A DNA stretch of 63,480 nucleotides, filler included, from Saprolegnia diclina VS20 (lineage: Eukaryota): the NCBI RefSeq assembly GCF_000281045.1. It is 7 parts of 2 records of this genome, joined end to end, with 100 filler letters (N's around TTAATTAATTAA, not from the genome) between each part and the next. Parts side by side here need not be neighbours in the genome. Positions count along the whole stretch, not along the records: positions 1 to 9,338 come from NW_008246157.1; positions 9,439 to 24,328 come from NW_008246157.1; 5 more parts are not named here. The stretch is one strand, 5' to 3'. This document shows positions 1 through 10,856 of the stretch, piece by piece; position 1 is the stretch's first letter, and each line of letters starts with the position of its first letter. Position numbers and translations under genes: made by a program. Below the pieces are notes generated by a model. That model was not told the origin of the DNA. It did no database searches and saw only the letters and a list, made by a program, of their open reading frames with translations.

Positions 1-162
1 CACGGCGGGCACTTGAGCTCGAGCTTTTTCCTCTCTGTTGAGGCGATTTCGGCATGACTTGCACATCCCGTTCACCAGCTCGAGCCTCGTCTTCTGAAGC
101 TTGCAGTCACCGACGCACCGATAGCTCTTGGGCTTGGACGCAGGCTTGGGCGCTGGCGACAT
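1..162 (-). CDS. 5' part of an unknown ORF with Cys pairs, running off the window
   Basis: ATG at 162 opens MSPAPKPASKPKSYRCVGDCKLQKTRLELVNGMCKSCRNRL... with no stop before position 1. Confidence 0.4.
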   Translation of the reverse strand, partial: MSPAPKPASKPKSYRCVGDCKLQKTRLELVNGMCKSCRNRLNREEKARAQVPAV

Positions 163-725
163 GGCAGTGCAACTCTTTGTTTTGAGCAAGGCCCCCATTT
201 CAAAAGCGGCGATTGAGACGAATATGATAAAACCGTACCAGAAAAGGTCTCGCTGCCGCACGCGAGTTCGATGGAGGATCCCTCGAGATCCCTAACACCG
301 TTTTAACAGTAGACACTTATCGCTTTGATCAAGCTCGTGTCCAAATCTTGATAGCAGGCATGCATCCGCTACAGCTCAACTCGATGATCAAAGATGCTCA
401 CTCTGGGACCATCGATTTTGGCGACTCGATCCAACATTTATCCTAAACTACTTATCGCAGCGCCACGCGTCATAGCTTGTTCGATGCACAATGATCTTGC
501 GCATCGTAGCGCACTATTGGCGCAGGGCAGCGACCTTTTCTACGGGAGATAGACCCTTAGATCCGGGCGCTCGACGTGCGCGCCGCCGTCCATCATTTTA
601 TTCAAAAGTCATTATTTTTAAAAAATGTGCCAAATATTTTTATTTGAAAACCCTCCGACGAGGTATGGAGAAGGTAAGCTTACCATGGAAACGAGCAATC
701 ATTTAAAAAACCCTTCGATGACCAC

Positions 726-760
726 CCTTTGTTATTATATCCCTTGTTATTATATCCCTT
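726..760. repeat. Short tandem repeat at the point where the gypsy pol breaks off
   Basis: ccctttgttattatat cccttgttattatat ccctt; AT-rich DNA to the left, GC-rich pol to the right. Confidence 0.7.
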
Positions 761-2765
761 GGCGGCACCATGGGCGGCAGCGTGGCCAGCACATCCTCCC
801 CCGACATGCTGCCCAGCAGCATGTGGCGGTCACGCTCGTCCAGCACCATATTGTGCTGGTGGTGTCGTAGATGACGGACAACCTGGCGGCGCATGACGTG
901 GCACGGGCACGCGTCAGCATCGACCGGGCACACATGCGCGCGCGCAAAACTTGGCGTCGGCTCGGGCAGGGCCGAGATCGCGTTGACGTACACACGAAGA
1001 GGCGCGGCTTGAACCACTTCATCGTCGTCGGCGTCACGCTGCGGCCGCGAGAGGGCGTCGGCGACCACGTTCTCGACACCGGGACGGTGGAAGAGTTCAA
1101 ATTCGAACTGAGAAAAATAATCCAACCATCTGGCCATCTTGGCGTTGAGCTGGGGCGTCTCGAGGAACCAGCGGCACGCGCTGTTGTCCGTGAAGACCTT
1201 GAACGGCGTACCCCAGAGATACGGACGCCACTTGGCCATCGCCATCTTGATCGCGTAGAGTTCCTTCTCGTGCGCGGGCCAGTTGAGCTCGGCGCCAGCG
1301 AGTTTCTTGGACATGAACGCAATCGGGTGGTCATCGTCGGACGCATCAAGCTGCGAGAGCACTGCACCGATGCAGTAACCCGAGGCGTCGCAGGTGACAA
1401 TGAACGGGCGGTCGTAGTCGGGCAGAGCCAAGACGGGCGCCTGCTGCATCGCAACCTTCAAACGCTCAAAAGCCGTGTCTTGTTCCGGACCCCACGACCA
1501 TGTTACCTTCTCCTTGACGAGCTCGCCGAGCGGCAAGACAATTTCGGCAAACCCGTACACAAAGCGGCGATAGTAGCCACATAAACCGAGCCACGACTGG
1601 AGCGCCTTCCGCGTCGTCGGCGTTGGCACGGACCATCTTGGGGTCGACGGCAATGCCATCGCGCGTCACCACATGACCGAGGTAGTCGATCTCGGGCATC
1701 GCAAACTCGCACTTGGTCATGCGGCAGTACAGCTTCTGCGCACGCAAGACCTCAAACACTGCGCGCAGATGCGTAACGTGCTCATCCAGCGTCTTGGAGA
1801 CGATCGCAATGTCGTCCATGTACACGACCGCAAAGTTGAGCTTGGCAAAGAGCTCCTTCATGAGACGCGACCAGATACCGGGCATGCCTGCCATCCCCAT
1901 CGGCGCCACAAGCCACTCGTAGGTGTCCGAGTGCGTCTTGAACGCCGTGTACTTGCGCGACTCGGGATCGACGAGCATCTGGTGGTAGCCAGTTGCAAGG
2001 TCGAGCTTCGAGAACCACTTGGAGTCCTTCATGCGATCAAAGAGCGCGTCAATGTTGGGCAGCGGGATGCGAGGGATCTCTTGCTGCGAGTTCGTGTAGC
2101 GGTAGTCAAGCACCCATCGGATCTTGGACTTCTCGGTGAGCGACTTGACAAACTGCGCTCGCGACTGCAGCTCGCCATCATCGCTGCGCTTCGGCACACC
2201 AAAGATGTTCGCGACCCAAGGGCTGTTAGAAACTTGGATCCAGCCCTTGTTGAGGAACACAACCACAAAGTCGTCGAGCAGCTTCTCTTCCATGGGCGAG
2301 AGGCGGAACCCGTAGAGTTGGGACTTGGGCTTGGCTCCTGGCTTCATGGTCACCGAAAAATTGACCGAGCGTGACGGCGGCAGGCCGTCCGGCAACTCGT
2401 TCGGGAAGACGTCGGAAAACTCCTCGAGCAAGTCGGTGATCGCTTGCGGTAGCGTTTGGGGCGGCGAATCGACGAGCTCGGCGGCCAACACCTCGATGAG
2501 ACACCCTTCTTCGGCGTGCGCGTCGACTGGCGAGGCGGACCGAGTAGGTGTTCTTGGTTGGGCGCGGCGACTCGCGTCCAGGACGTACGCGACGCACCGG
2601 CGGCTCGGGGTTGAGAGCCGTAATCGTGCGAGTGCGCCAGTCGATCATCGGGCTGTACTTGAAGAACCACGGTTGACCCAAAATGCAGTCGTAGTCCTTG
2701 TCGGCAAAGTCCCACGCAATCATCTCGAGCTGCGGGAACGAGTGGTTGCAAATCTCGACGTCGAC
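761..2765 (-). mobile_element. Ty3/gypsy pol fragment (protease end, RT, RNase H); frameshifted, no integrase
   Basis: DYDCILGQPW (protease end), LDLATGYHQ, PMGM, VVYMDD (RT), CDASG, EKELYA, TDN, NVVADALSR (RNase H); frame changes near 2490 and 1640. Confidence 0.93.
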
Positions 2766-2865
2766 NNNNNNNNNNNNNNNNNNNNNNNNNNNNNNNNNNN
2801 NNNNNNNNNNNNNNNNNNNNNNNNNNNNNNNNNNNNNNNNNNNNNNNNNNNNNNNNNNNNNNNNN

Positions 2866-4904
2866 TCTTCGATCGGACGCTCCATTCGGTGGTCGAGGTC
2901 TGCACCGTGACTACTTCCAAGTGCTGACAAAGAATTTGGTAGATCTCGGCCGCCGAGTATGTCGAGACCAAGACGGCGCTTGGCGTCGGTGCCTTTGGTG
3001 TCGTCGTCCTTGGCAAGTACGAAGGGCAAAAGGTTGCCGTCAAGAAGTTCCGACGCGCCGATTATCTCAAGTCGTTCGAGGCCGAAGTCAACGCCCTCCT
3101 TGCGTAATACCCAGTGTGAGATCATGCATGGGCAACCACTGACGTAGGTGCCCGTCGCCGTACCTCGTGCGCCTGGTGGCTATTGCAGACCGCAACTCCA
3201 AGACGCCAGCGCTGCTCTTCGAGTACATGGACGGCGGCAGCCTTCGGACGCACCTCGACCAGAAGCGCACCAACAAGTCCACGGCAGCGCACGTGACGAA
3301 CCTCCACGTGGCGTGGGTCGTTGCCAACGCCTTGCGAGACCTGCAGGCCAAGAATGTGATCCACCGCGACGTCAAGAGCGACAACGTCCTCTTGAGCTCG
3401 AGCGACGAGATCAAGCTCGCCGACCTCGGCTTGGCACGACCCGAGGCAACGAGTATGACAGTAGCGCCTGGTACACGGCTCTGGATGGCGCCCGAGATCC
3501 TGCAGGCGGATGGTGCTGGCTACAGCTTTCCCGCTGATATCTACGCTTTTGGCGTGCTTCTCACGGAGCTCGCCACGTGTCAACTGCCGTACTTTGACCA
3601 GGACGTCCAAGACCCGATCGCATTAGTGCGCGGTGTCATCAACGGCACTCTTCGCCCGACGCTGACGACCGAATGCGAGCCGTGGCTGAGACAACTAGCA
3701 GAAATGTGCCTGCGTGGTGACCCGAACGCACGCCCGACAGCCGCGACTATCGTCGAGAAGCTGAGCAATGAGATGGCGGCTGGTTCGCCACCAGCAACGA
3801 ACGTAGTGCCTCTGTCATTGAAGTTCTGGGCTGCACAGGGCGCTACTTTTAGGTCGCGCAGACATACCTGCTCGCTGTGGCACAGGACGACGTCGACACG
3901 GTGGCGCGGCTGCTGACCCATGGCGTACCACTGGACTGGAAGCTGCCGGTATGTCACACCCTCAGCACCACCGTCTGAAGGCTCCATACTAGGGCGGCGC
4001 GTCACTGCTTTTGGCGGCAACAGCGGCGCGTGCCACCAAGACGGTGAAGCTCCTTCTGGACCGCGGCGCCAACGTCAATGACCCGAGCGTACGCTGCCCG
4101 TCAACATGTGTGAATACTAACGCGTTGCGCTCATTTAGGGTGGCCAAACGCCGCTGCACGCCGCAGTGACCAAGTATACCGAGGATCTCGTTCTCATTTT
4201 GATCGACGCGGGGGCGGACGTCGAAGCACGGGATCAAGTACGTCTGGGTGAATATAGATAGGTGCTTATTGATGTGACAGGATGGAAGAACTCCTCTGGC
4301 GTTTGCCCTGAAACAACAAGTCGAGCCATGCGTGACGGCGCTTCTCGCCACGGGGGCCAACGTCGAGCGTCTTGAGGAGGTATACGCTCCGCAGTTTGCA
4401 CTCATTTATCAATGCCGTGCATAGGACGGATGGGAGCTACTCGACATGGCCAAACGGAGCGAGCGTCTCGCTGATCTTGTGCGGATGCTTCAGATCGCTG
4501 CGTCCCGGGTCCAAATCTTTCAATTTCCAGGACTATCAGAACTTATACTCGAATTGTAGGAAGAAAACGTTGACAAGCCCGAGATCCTTTGCGTTCAATG
4601 CGGCAACTGGCACGCCGTTGACGCCGTACTATGTTCATGTGACCACAACGCTTCGCTGACGGACCGCATGGTCGCGGTGGTCCGGCGCTTGATGCGGCTG
4701 CACCATCGCGGCTACCCCGTCGACTGGATGCGAATTTGCATTTCGAAGTCTTGCCACGAGTCGACAATGACAATCGTCGAGATGATCTGCCCCGAGTGCG
4801 GCACGGCGTCGCAGAAGAGTGAGCTCCAGATGCTAAACTTTCGTCTCAAGAATGCTCTGAAACAACCGATGGTACACGTCGTTAAAGCTGAAACAGAAGT
4901 CTGA
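2866..4904 (+). CDS. TKL-type protein kinase with ankyrin repeats and a C-terminal Cys-pair (zinc ribbon-like) region; 5' end in gap
   Basis: Spliced exons give LGVGAFGVV, VAVKK, HRDVKSDN, ADLG, APE; then ~33-aa ankyrin exons (GGQTPLHAAV..., DGRTPLAFAL...); last exon from ~4560 has CVQC...CSC and CISKSC...CPEC; stop at 4904. Confidence 0.88.
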
Positions 4905-5783
4905 GTCGCCAACTTGTAGAATGCGCAAGAAGTACCACGCATCCCGCGTCGCATCCGGCGCTGGTTGGCCAGCCTCCGTGACCCGCCGCCGCCTACGCCG
5001 CTGCCAGCTGCACCCTCGTCGAATAATATCAGGCAAAGTCGCCCCGAGCGACGCATGCGGAGCCAACCGGCAGAAGACCGAGCACGCGATATGGCGTTTC
5101 TGGCACTGCTCACTTCTCGCCCGATGCAACAGGTCATGGTTCCCCGACCCTGAGCACGCTGACTCTCTATTGTAGGACGGTCCGACGCCGTGGGCAACCG
5201 CTGGGGTGTTTGGCCGGGGCAACTTGGCTCGCGACTTGTACGCAAGCATGTCGGAGCCCGTACGGAAGGTAGCNNNNNNNNNNNNNNNNNNNNNNNNNNN
5301 NNNNNNNNNNNNNNNNNNNNNNNNNNNNNNNNNNNNNNNNNNNNNNNNNNNNNNNNNNNNNNNNNNNNNNNNNNNNNNNNNNNNNNNNNNNNNNNNNNNN
5401 NNNNNNNNNNNNNNNNNNNNNNNNNNNNNNNNNNNNNNNNNNNNNNNNNNNNNNNNNNNNNNNNNNNNNNNNNNNNNNNNNNNNNNNNNNNNNNNNNNNN
5501 NNNNNNNNNNNNNNNNNNNNNNNNNNNNNNNNNNNNNNNNNNNNNNNNNNNNNNNNNNNNNNNNNNNNNNNNNNNNNNNNNNNNNNNNNNNNNNNNNNNN
5601 NNNNNNNNNNNNNNNNNNNNNNNNNNNNNNNNNNNNNNNNNNNNNNNNNNNNNNNNNNNNNNNNNNNNNNNNNNNNNNNNNNNNNNNNNNNNNNNNNNNN
5701 NNNNNNNNNNNNNNNNNNNNNNNNNNNNNNNNNNNNNNNNNNNNNNNNNNNNNNNNNNNNNNNNNNNNNNNNNNNNNNNNNNN

Positions 5784-6077
5784 GATCGGTTGGACGTGGT
5801 TGAGGCGGTGTCGCTGCTTCGTTGTCACCTTGTCCGAGATCTTCTCGAGGACCCTCGCCATGGTGGACAGCACTTCCATCGTGTCCGTGGGGAGCGGTGG
5901 ATATCCACCCTCCATCTTGACGTCGTCCTTCGACATCCTTCCGACCGTCTCGCGTCGGGTACTTCCTTCCTTGGGCGGCCTTCTCCGGGGCGGCTTCTTC
6001 TTCTGGGCAGCCTTCTTCCTGAGGCTGCTGCGCGCTGCTTGACCATTTCCTTCTGCTGAAAACGGGGTGTCCTTCAA
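5784..6077 (-). mobile_element. Leader and probable gag start of an LTR retrotransposon
   Basis: Open frame (MSKDDVKMEGG...LEKISDK) directly after the PBS and LTR, running into a gap. Confidence 0.6.
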
Positions 6078-6079
6078 CC

Positions 6080-6093
6080 AACAAGTGCTACCA
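6080..6093 (-). mobile_element. Primer binding site
   Basis: Minus strand ...GTCACA tt TGGTAGCAC: TGG two bases after the LTR end; TGGTAGCA is complementary to a ...UGCUACCA tRNA 3' end (initiator Met type). Confidence 0.7.
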
Positions 6094-6095
6094 AA

Positions 6096-6419
6096 TGTGA
6101 CGGCGCGTCCGCTGTCGCTGGCTGGCTTGAGAGAAGAAGAGGTGATTGAACAATGACTTGGTTAGCCTGAGCTTAGACTTGTTGCTAGACACGCGCACTA
6201 GCTACTAACTCAGACACAGATCTAACCCTAATCCTCGTGCGGTCCTTACGGAGTAGATCCACGTGTGCACAGCGACACGTAGACCAGAGACGGACCTCTG
6301 AATCTCGAGATTCGCCACACACCTCGTCGACGAGAGGCGCGACCACTTTGCTCCAACGCCCGTTCTTGTCCTTGGAACCTGCTCATTTTTGTGCTCAGCT
6401 GGGTTTCCAGGGCGTGACA
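6096..6419 (-). mobile_element. 5' LTR, 324 bp
   Basis: Minus strand begins TGTCACG and ends CGTCACA (TG...CA, imperfect terminal inverted repeat), followed by PBS. Confidence 0.75.
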
Positions 6420-6891
6420 GTGGAGAAATGTTAGCTGCAAGCATATTATCTCCACTGCGGTGCCGCCAGCAATGACAGCCAAAGCAACAATCAAGACACC
6501 AACGCTGTCGTCAAACAGCACAGCGTCGTCACCGAATAGCCCTCCATAGCGGCAACCCTCCATTTCTGGAGTCAGCGATCGCCTTGGCGATGCGTTGAAC
6601 CGTATTGTCAACCTGATTGCCATAGCTATAACGCCACGTGATACGCAACACCGGGCATTTGCGATAGTGGCGCAGAGATGGCGATGCTGTGACCAGGTCC
6701 GATAGAAAAGAAATCACATGACGGGAATACCGGTACTACATTCTTCCTGCATCATCAAGGTCCTGTGCATGTACGTCCTTGGTTATGCACGTGCGATCCT
6801 ACCTTATTACTGGTAATAGTCTGTCTTACCGTCATGCGACTTGAGACACGACTTAGTTGCTCGAAACTGTTGAAGTATCGCATGTGGAAAA

Positions 6892-6902
6892 GACCATCAC
6901 TC
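6892..6902 (+). promoter_or_regulatory. GACCATCACTC motif upstream of oxygenase-fold copy 1
   Basis: Same 11-mer lies on the sense strand upstream of all four near-full paralogs. Confidence 0.6.
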
Positions 6903-7005
6903 GTTGCTGTGGCCCAACACTGATGCGTCAGCATTACAACTTGGGACAGCGTGTCAATCGAGCCACTAGCCATGGCGTCGGCTGGTTCATCATTTTTGGT
7001 TTTGC

Positions 7006-8988
7006 ATGCGCAGCGACAAGAAAAAGTACACGCGTCGTTTGCGCACTTTGGCGCGCGAGGCTGCGATGCCGCAGTGCTGTCTGTACACGCCTGGCAACGA
7101 ACGCAACCCGACGGCGACTATTGACGGCATCGAGATGGCTTCATGGCCTCTCTCGCCCGACACCGTGGCGGCGCTCACGACCAAGTACGCTGGCCGCGTC
7201 CCGGCCAACGATGTCATCCTCCACGACTTCTGCAACACTACTGAGTACGCGGATGGCTCCTGCCTCGTCGGCCAACTCGGCATTGGACAGGCGTGCAATG
7301 AGTACGGCCTCATGTTCGACATGACGCTGGCGCATTTTGCGATCGACTTGAACGGTGACGCATCGACGTTGACACTGACAACGCAGCCACCGCCTGACAC
7401 CTTTGCCACGGTCGTCTACTTCTTCCCGTCCACCTGCGTCGGCGGCGCCGTCACGATCTCGCACGGCCACCGGACAACGACGTTCGAGGCACTTGACGGG
7501 TGCTTTCTCTCGTTCTACAGCGTATGTGACGTGGCCGTGGCGCCCATCACGTCGGGACACCGGTCTTGTCCCGTGTATTATGCCGCCTACACAAGCGACG
7601 ACGACGTGTTCACCTGGAACGTACCCACGCCACGGTTCGCGCCGCTGCCGCTGCCATCGATCCAAGAGCTCCAGAGTGCTGCTCGGCACTTCGATCCTCA
7701 AGGTTACAATGGCGTCCTCATCGAGCTCGAGACACGGGGCTCAATGCCGACGTTTGGTTCGCTCACGGGGCATGACAAGGCAGTCGTCGACTTACTGCTT
7801 GAAGCCGACGTCTTTGACATTGCACTTGTGCGCGCGGGCGACAACGACACGAACGAGACTATGCCGCCGCTGCCCGAGACGTTTCATCCACTATGCCAAA
7901 CGCCAGCGCTCGTCCAGGAGGTCTATCACCAGACACCAATCAGCGAGTTTGCAGCCGATGCGGACAAGTACAAGTCACCCAGCTGCTTCCTACTTGTGTG
8001 GCCCAAGGCAGTCCGCGTGCGCATCCTCGGCTACGACTGCACGATTGCGCTCTTGCGCGCCCATGTTGACGGTGACGTGACCGACGAGTTTGGTTACGGG
8101 TCGCTCCACGGCATCTTTGAAGCGGCCCTCCGGACCTTCTACCCTCGGCCCGACAACTACTACGGCCGCAACCCACCACCACAAGTCACGTACGCGATGG
8201 CGTCGGTCCTCTACGACCACGGCGACGTGGAGCTTATCGAGGCGTTTATGGACGTTCACGACCATTGGGCCGACGACGAGAACATGGCAAAGTGGTTCCT
8301 CGCGGTGCTCCGACGCTTTGGCGCGTCTCGTTTCCGGCGCCAACTCCGAAAGGCTGCCGTGTCGATTTCCTTTGTGGCTCACTTGGTGCATCTCGCGACC
8401 GCCGGCGACGCCCTCGCGCAGACGATCGTATGCGACTGTGTCCCGCTGTGGTGGTCGTACTTGTTGTACCAACTCACGGCGACCGATTGCTCGACAAAGA
8501 AGAAAAGACTTGGTCATTTGCTCGACATTGAAACGTACATGCTCGAGCACCCGATTGATGTGGCTGCGTCGACGCACCTCCGTTTGCACTTGCCCGACGT
8601 TGTCGTACGCAAGGTGGCGACGTACCTCGCGCCGCCACTCGCGCCACTGCTGGACACTGTCCGAGCCGACAAGTGCCTCATTAGCTGCCTTCCGGCCGTC
8701 GTGTGGTCGCGGCAAGACTCGCTGTGCAGCGAGCGCCTCGCTACATGTGTTGCACTTGCCGTCGAATATCTGCGCTCGGGCGCCGAGCGTGCTAGCTGCT
8801 ACAATGGTCATGCGCTGTATCTGGCGCTACTGACGGCCGGGACGCCAGCATTTACTATTGTTGACGATGATATGCAAACTTGGCGCCACAGCTTTGACTT
8901 CAAAGGCGAGTGCACTGGAGTCGACAAGAGGTCATCCTCGACGGCGATGGACATGCTCTTCGTGGAAGAGTACGAAGACAACGAATAA
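7006..8988 (+). CDS. 2OG-Fe(II) oxygenase-fold protein lacking Fe ligands, copy 1 (intact, 660 aa)
   Basis: TFATVVYFFPSTCVGGAVTISH...FYSVCDVAVAPITSGHR..VY, LTGHDKAV, LLVWP resemble long 2OG-FeII_Oxy_3-type proteins; helical C-terminal half. Confidence 0.8.
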   Translation: MRSDKKKYTRRLRTLAREAAMPQCCLYTPGNERNPTATIDGIEMASWPLSPDTVAALTTKYAGRVPANDVILHDFCNTTEYADGSCLVGQLGIGQACNEYGLMFDMTLAHFAIDLNGDASTLTLTTQPPPDTFATVVYFFPSTCVGGAVTISHGHRTTTFEALDGCFLSFYSVCDVAVAPITSGHRSCPVYYAAYTSDDDVFTWNVPTPRFAPLPLPSIQELQSAARHFDPQGYNGVLIELETRGSMPTFGSLTGHDKAVVDLLLEADVFDIALVRAGDNDTNETMPPLPETFHPLCQTPALVQEVYHQTPISEFAADADKYKSPSCFLLVWPKAVRVRILGYDCTIALLRAHVDGDVTDEFGYGSLHGIFEAALRTFYPRPDNYYGRNPPPQVTYAMASVLYDHGDVELIEAFMDVHDHWADDENMAKWFLAVLRRFGASRFRRQLRKAAVSISFVAHLVHLATAGDALAQTIVCDCVPLWWSYLLYQLTATDCSTKKKRLGHLLDIETYMLEHPIDVAASTHLRLHLPDVVVRKVATYLAPPLAPLLDTVRADKCLISCLPAVVWSRQDSLCSERLATCVALAVEYLRSGAERASCYNGHALYLALLTAGTPAFTIVDDDMQTWRHSFDFKGECTGVDKRSSSTAMDMLFVEEYEDNE

Positions 8989-9182
8989 AGCTAGTGTCCA
9001 CTGCTCTACGCCCTATTGCGTCTCTAATACACGTATGTATATATGTGCATGACGCAGTCTTGTGGTTGGATGCAGATGTCGTCGCAATATCCAACACTGA
9101 GCCGTTTCTCGCAGCAAAGCTGTGGTGTTGGACCACGGCCAAGCAAGTGCGCCAACTTGAGCTGGCAGTGATGCACGTCCAT

Positions 9183-9265
9183 GAGGCGCCTCGAACGTCG
9201 TCGTCCGGTGGCCGTGCGAAATCATGACGGCGCCGCCAACGCAGCTGGACGGGAAGAAGTACATG
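9183..9265 (-). pseudogene. Short inverted fragment of the oxygenase-fold family
   Basis: YFFPSSCVGGAVMISHGHRTTTFEA only. Confidence 0.8.
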
Positions 9266-9382
9266 TACGTTGTACCTACATATGTACTAGCTAGACAACT
9301 ACGACACACTAAGATTCGATCGATACGATTGGTTAGACNNNNNNNNNNNNNNNNNNNNNNNNNNNNNNNNNNNNNNNNNNNN

Positions 9383-9394
9383 TTAATTAATTAA
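9383..9394. other. Artificial contig linker (also 24373-24384, 38016-38027, 39911-39922, 43048-43059, 47563-47574)
   Basis: Identical TTAATTAATTAA (stops in all six frames) embedded in N runs six times. Confidence 0.95.
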
Positions 9395-9438
9395 NNNNNN
9401 NNNNNNNNNNNNNNNNNNNNNNNNNNNNNNNNNNNNNN

Positions 9439-10399
9439 GCCATGTACAGCGGCGTCTGCCCCATCTAGAGAGATACATGAGGTGCGAGGATCGCTTCTTC
9501 ATGGACGTACCGACGCGAGGACGTCGAGGTTTGCGCCGGCGCTCACGAGCGCGCGAAGCATGGCTGCATGTCCATGTGAGGCCGCATAATGCATCGCACT
9601 GCAGCCGAACTAGGACATTCGTCAGTTGATATGACCGGGGCGTCCGCAGAGTGTACTCTGTTGAGATCCGAGGCGTTGTTCTTAACGTCAAGCAACATTT
9701 CGCCGACGGCAACGTTGCCCGACATTGCTGCGTACATGAGCGGCGTCTCCTTGTCCTAGCACACAGATGTTTGCGTCGTTGTCTCGATTCCCTTGGGCCA
9801 CTACCAGCGTCAGAATGTCCAAGGACGCACCGTTGTCGAGCAGCTGCTGGACAACGGCTTCATGACCTGATTTAGCAGCGACGGTCAGCGCCGAGCCTCC
9901 CCACTAGTATCAATTCAGGGTCATGTGCACGCTGTCGAAGCGCAAATACGCACCGAGAGGCGCTCGTTGACGGCCGCACCAGCTGCCACAAGCAGCTCCA
10001 CAACGTCTCCGTGCCCTTTGCTGATCGCAAGGACCAGTGGCGTGGCCCCGCCCTACGAGTGGTTGAGATGCTTTGATATTCCCAGTATTGAAGTACCGGT
10101 GTCTTTGCGTCCACAGCCGCCTGTGCCTCGAGAAGCGTCTTGACAACCTTCGTGTGGCCATGCAGCGCAGCGACGGCCAACATCGGATGCTTCATCTATA
10201 CAAGGGAATGAGTACCTACATGGAACCCGCCGATGGCGGTCCCAGCACCTCGTCAAGGGCGTTTGGGTCGGCGCCGTCGCGGAGCAGGTTGGCCACGACG
10301 GTCGCGTTGCCGCTCTCGACTGCTTCGATGAGGGTCCTTTGCGCCTAGAAAATGGACGCATGGGAGGTCTTCGCAGTGAAAGCAGCTTCGTACGCCCAT
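9439..10399 (-). CDS. Ankyrin-repeat protein, multi-exon, 3' end in gap
   Basis: ATG GGC|gt...ag|AQRTLIEAVESG..., then 33-codon exons (MKHPMLAVAALHGH, GGATPLVLAISKGH, WGGSALTVAAKSGH, DKETPLMYAAMSGN, FGCSAMHYAASHGH). Confidence 0.88.
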
Positions 10400-10410
10400 G
10401 TATCAGCAGC

Positions 10411-10420
10411 TTGAATGAGC
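10411..10420 (-). promoter_or_regulatory. Oomycete initiator-like element
   Basis: GCTCATTCAA just upstream of the ATG; fits the oomycete Inr consensus GCTCATTY. Confidence 0.6.
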
Positions 10421-10856
10421 TAACGACAAGGGCAATTGCAAAGTGATCGCGGCAATGTCATGCCCCTTGCAATCCCGTGCAATTAAGTTTTGGAGTCTGG
10501 AAATGATATTTGAAGGGATTATGAATATGCACCATTTTTCAGAGACGCAGAAGTGACCAACACCATGTCGCAGAGCGGTATAAAATGTGTCGTCAAGAAC
10601 GACCAGGGTCCACCAGCGTCTACCATGGAGCTCAATTGCGGAGCTTGTACACCACAATAGTGCTGATGCGCCTGAGCTGGGGCTGGTTCTTATCACAAGG
10701 ATGCCGTGCTTGATGCGAAAAATAGTGGTACATTGTAGCATACACTGTACTTTGTTTGGGCGATATGTGCAGAAACCTGCCAGCTTCGGGCAAGGGTGTA
10801 GACGAAAAGTAGTACCAGTGCTGCATTCGCTCAAGATTCGTCACACCCAACGGTTT

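Noticed and set aside
1620..1660. Programmed frameshift within pol
   Set aside because: Falls inside the RT thumb with residues missing; a deletion lesion
9052..9180. VLWLDADVV as a glycosyltransferase DxD fragment
   Set aside because: Too short, with no supporting context
9383..9394. TTAATTAATTAA palindrome, six copies, as a biological motif
   Set aside because: Always embedded in N runs; an assembly linker
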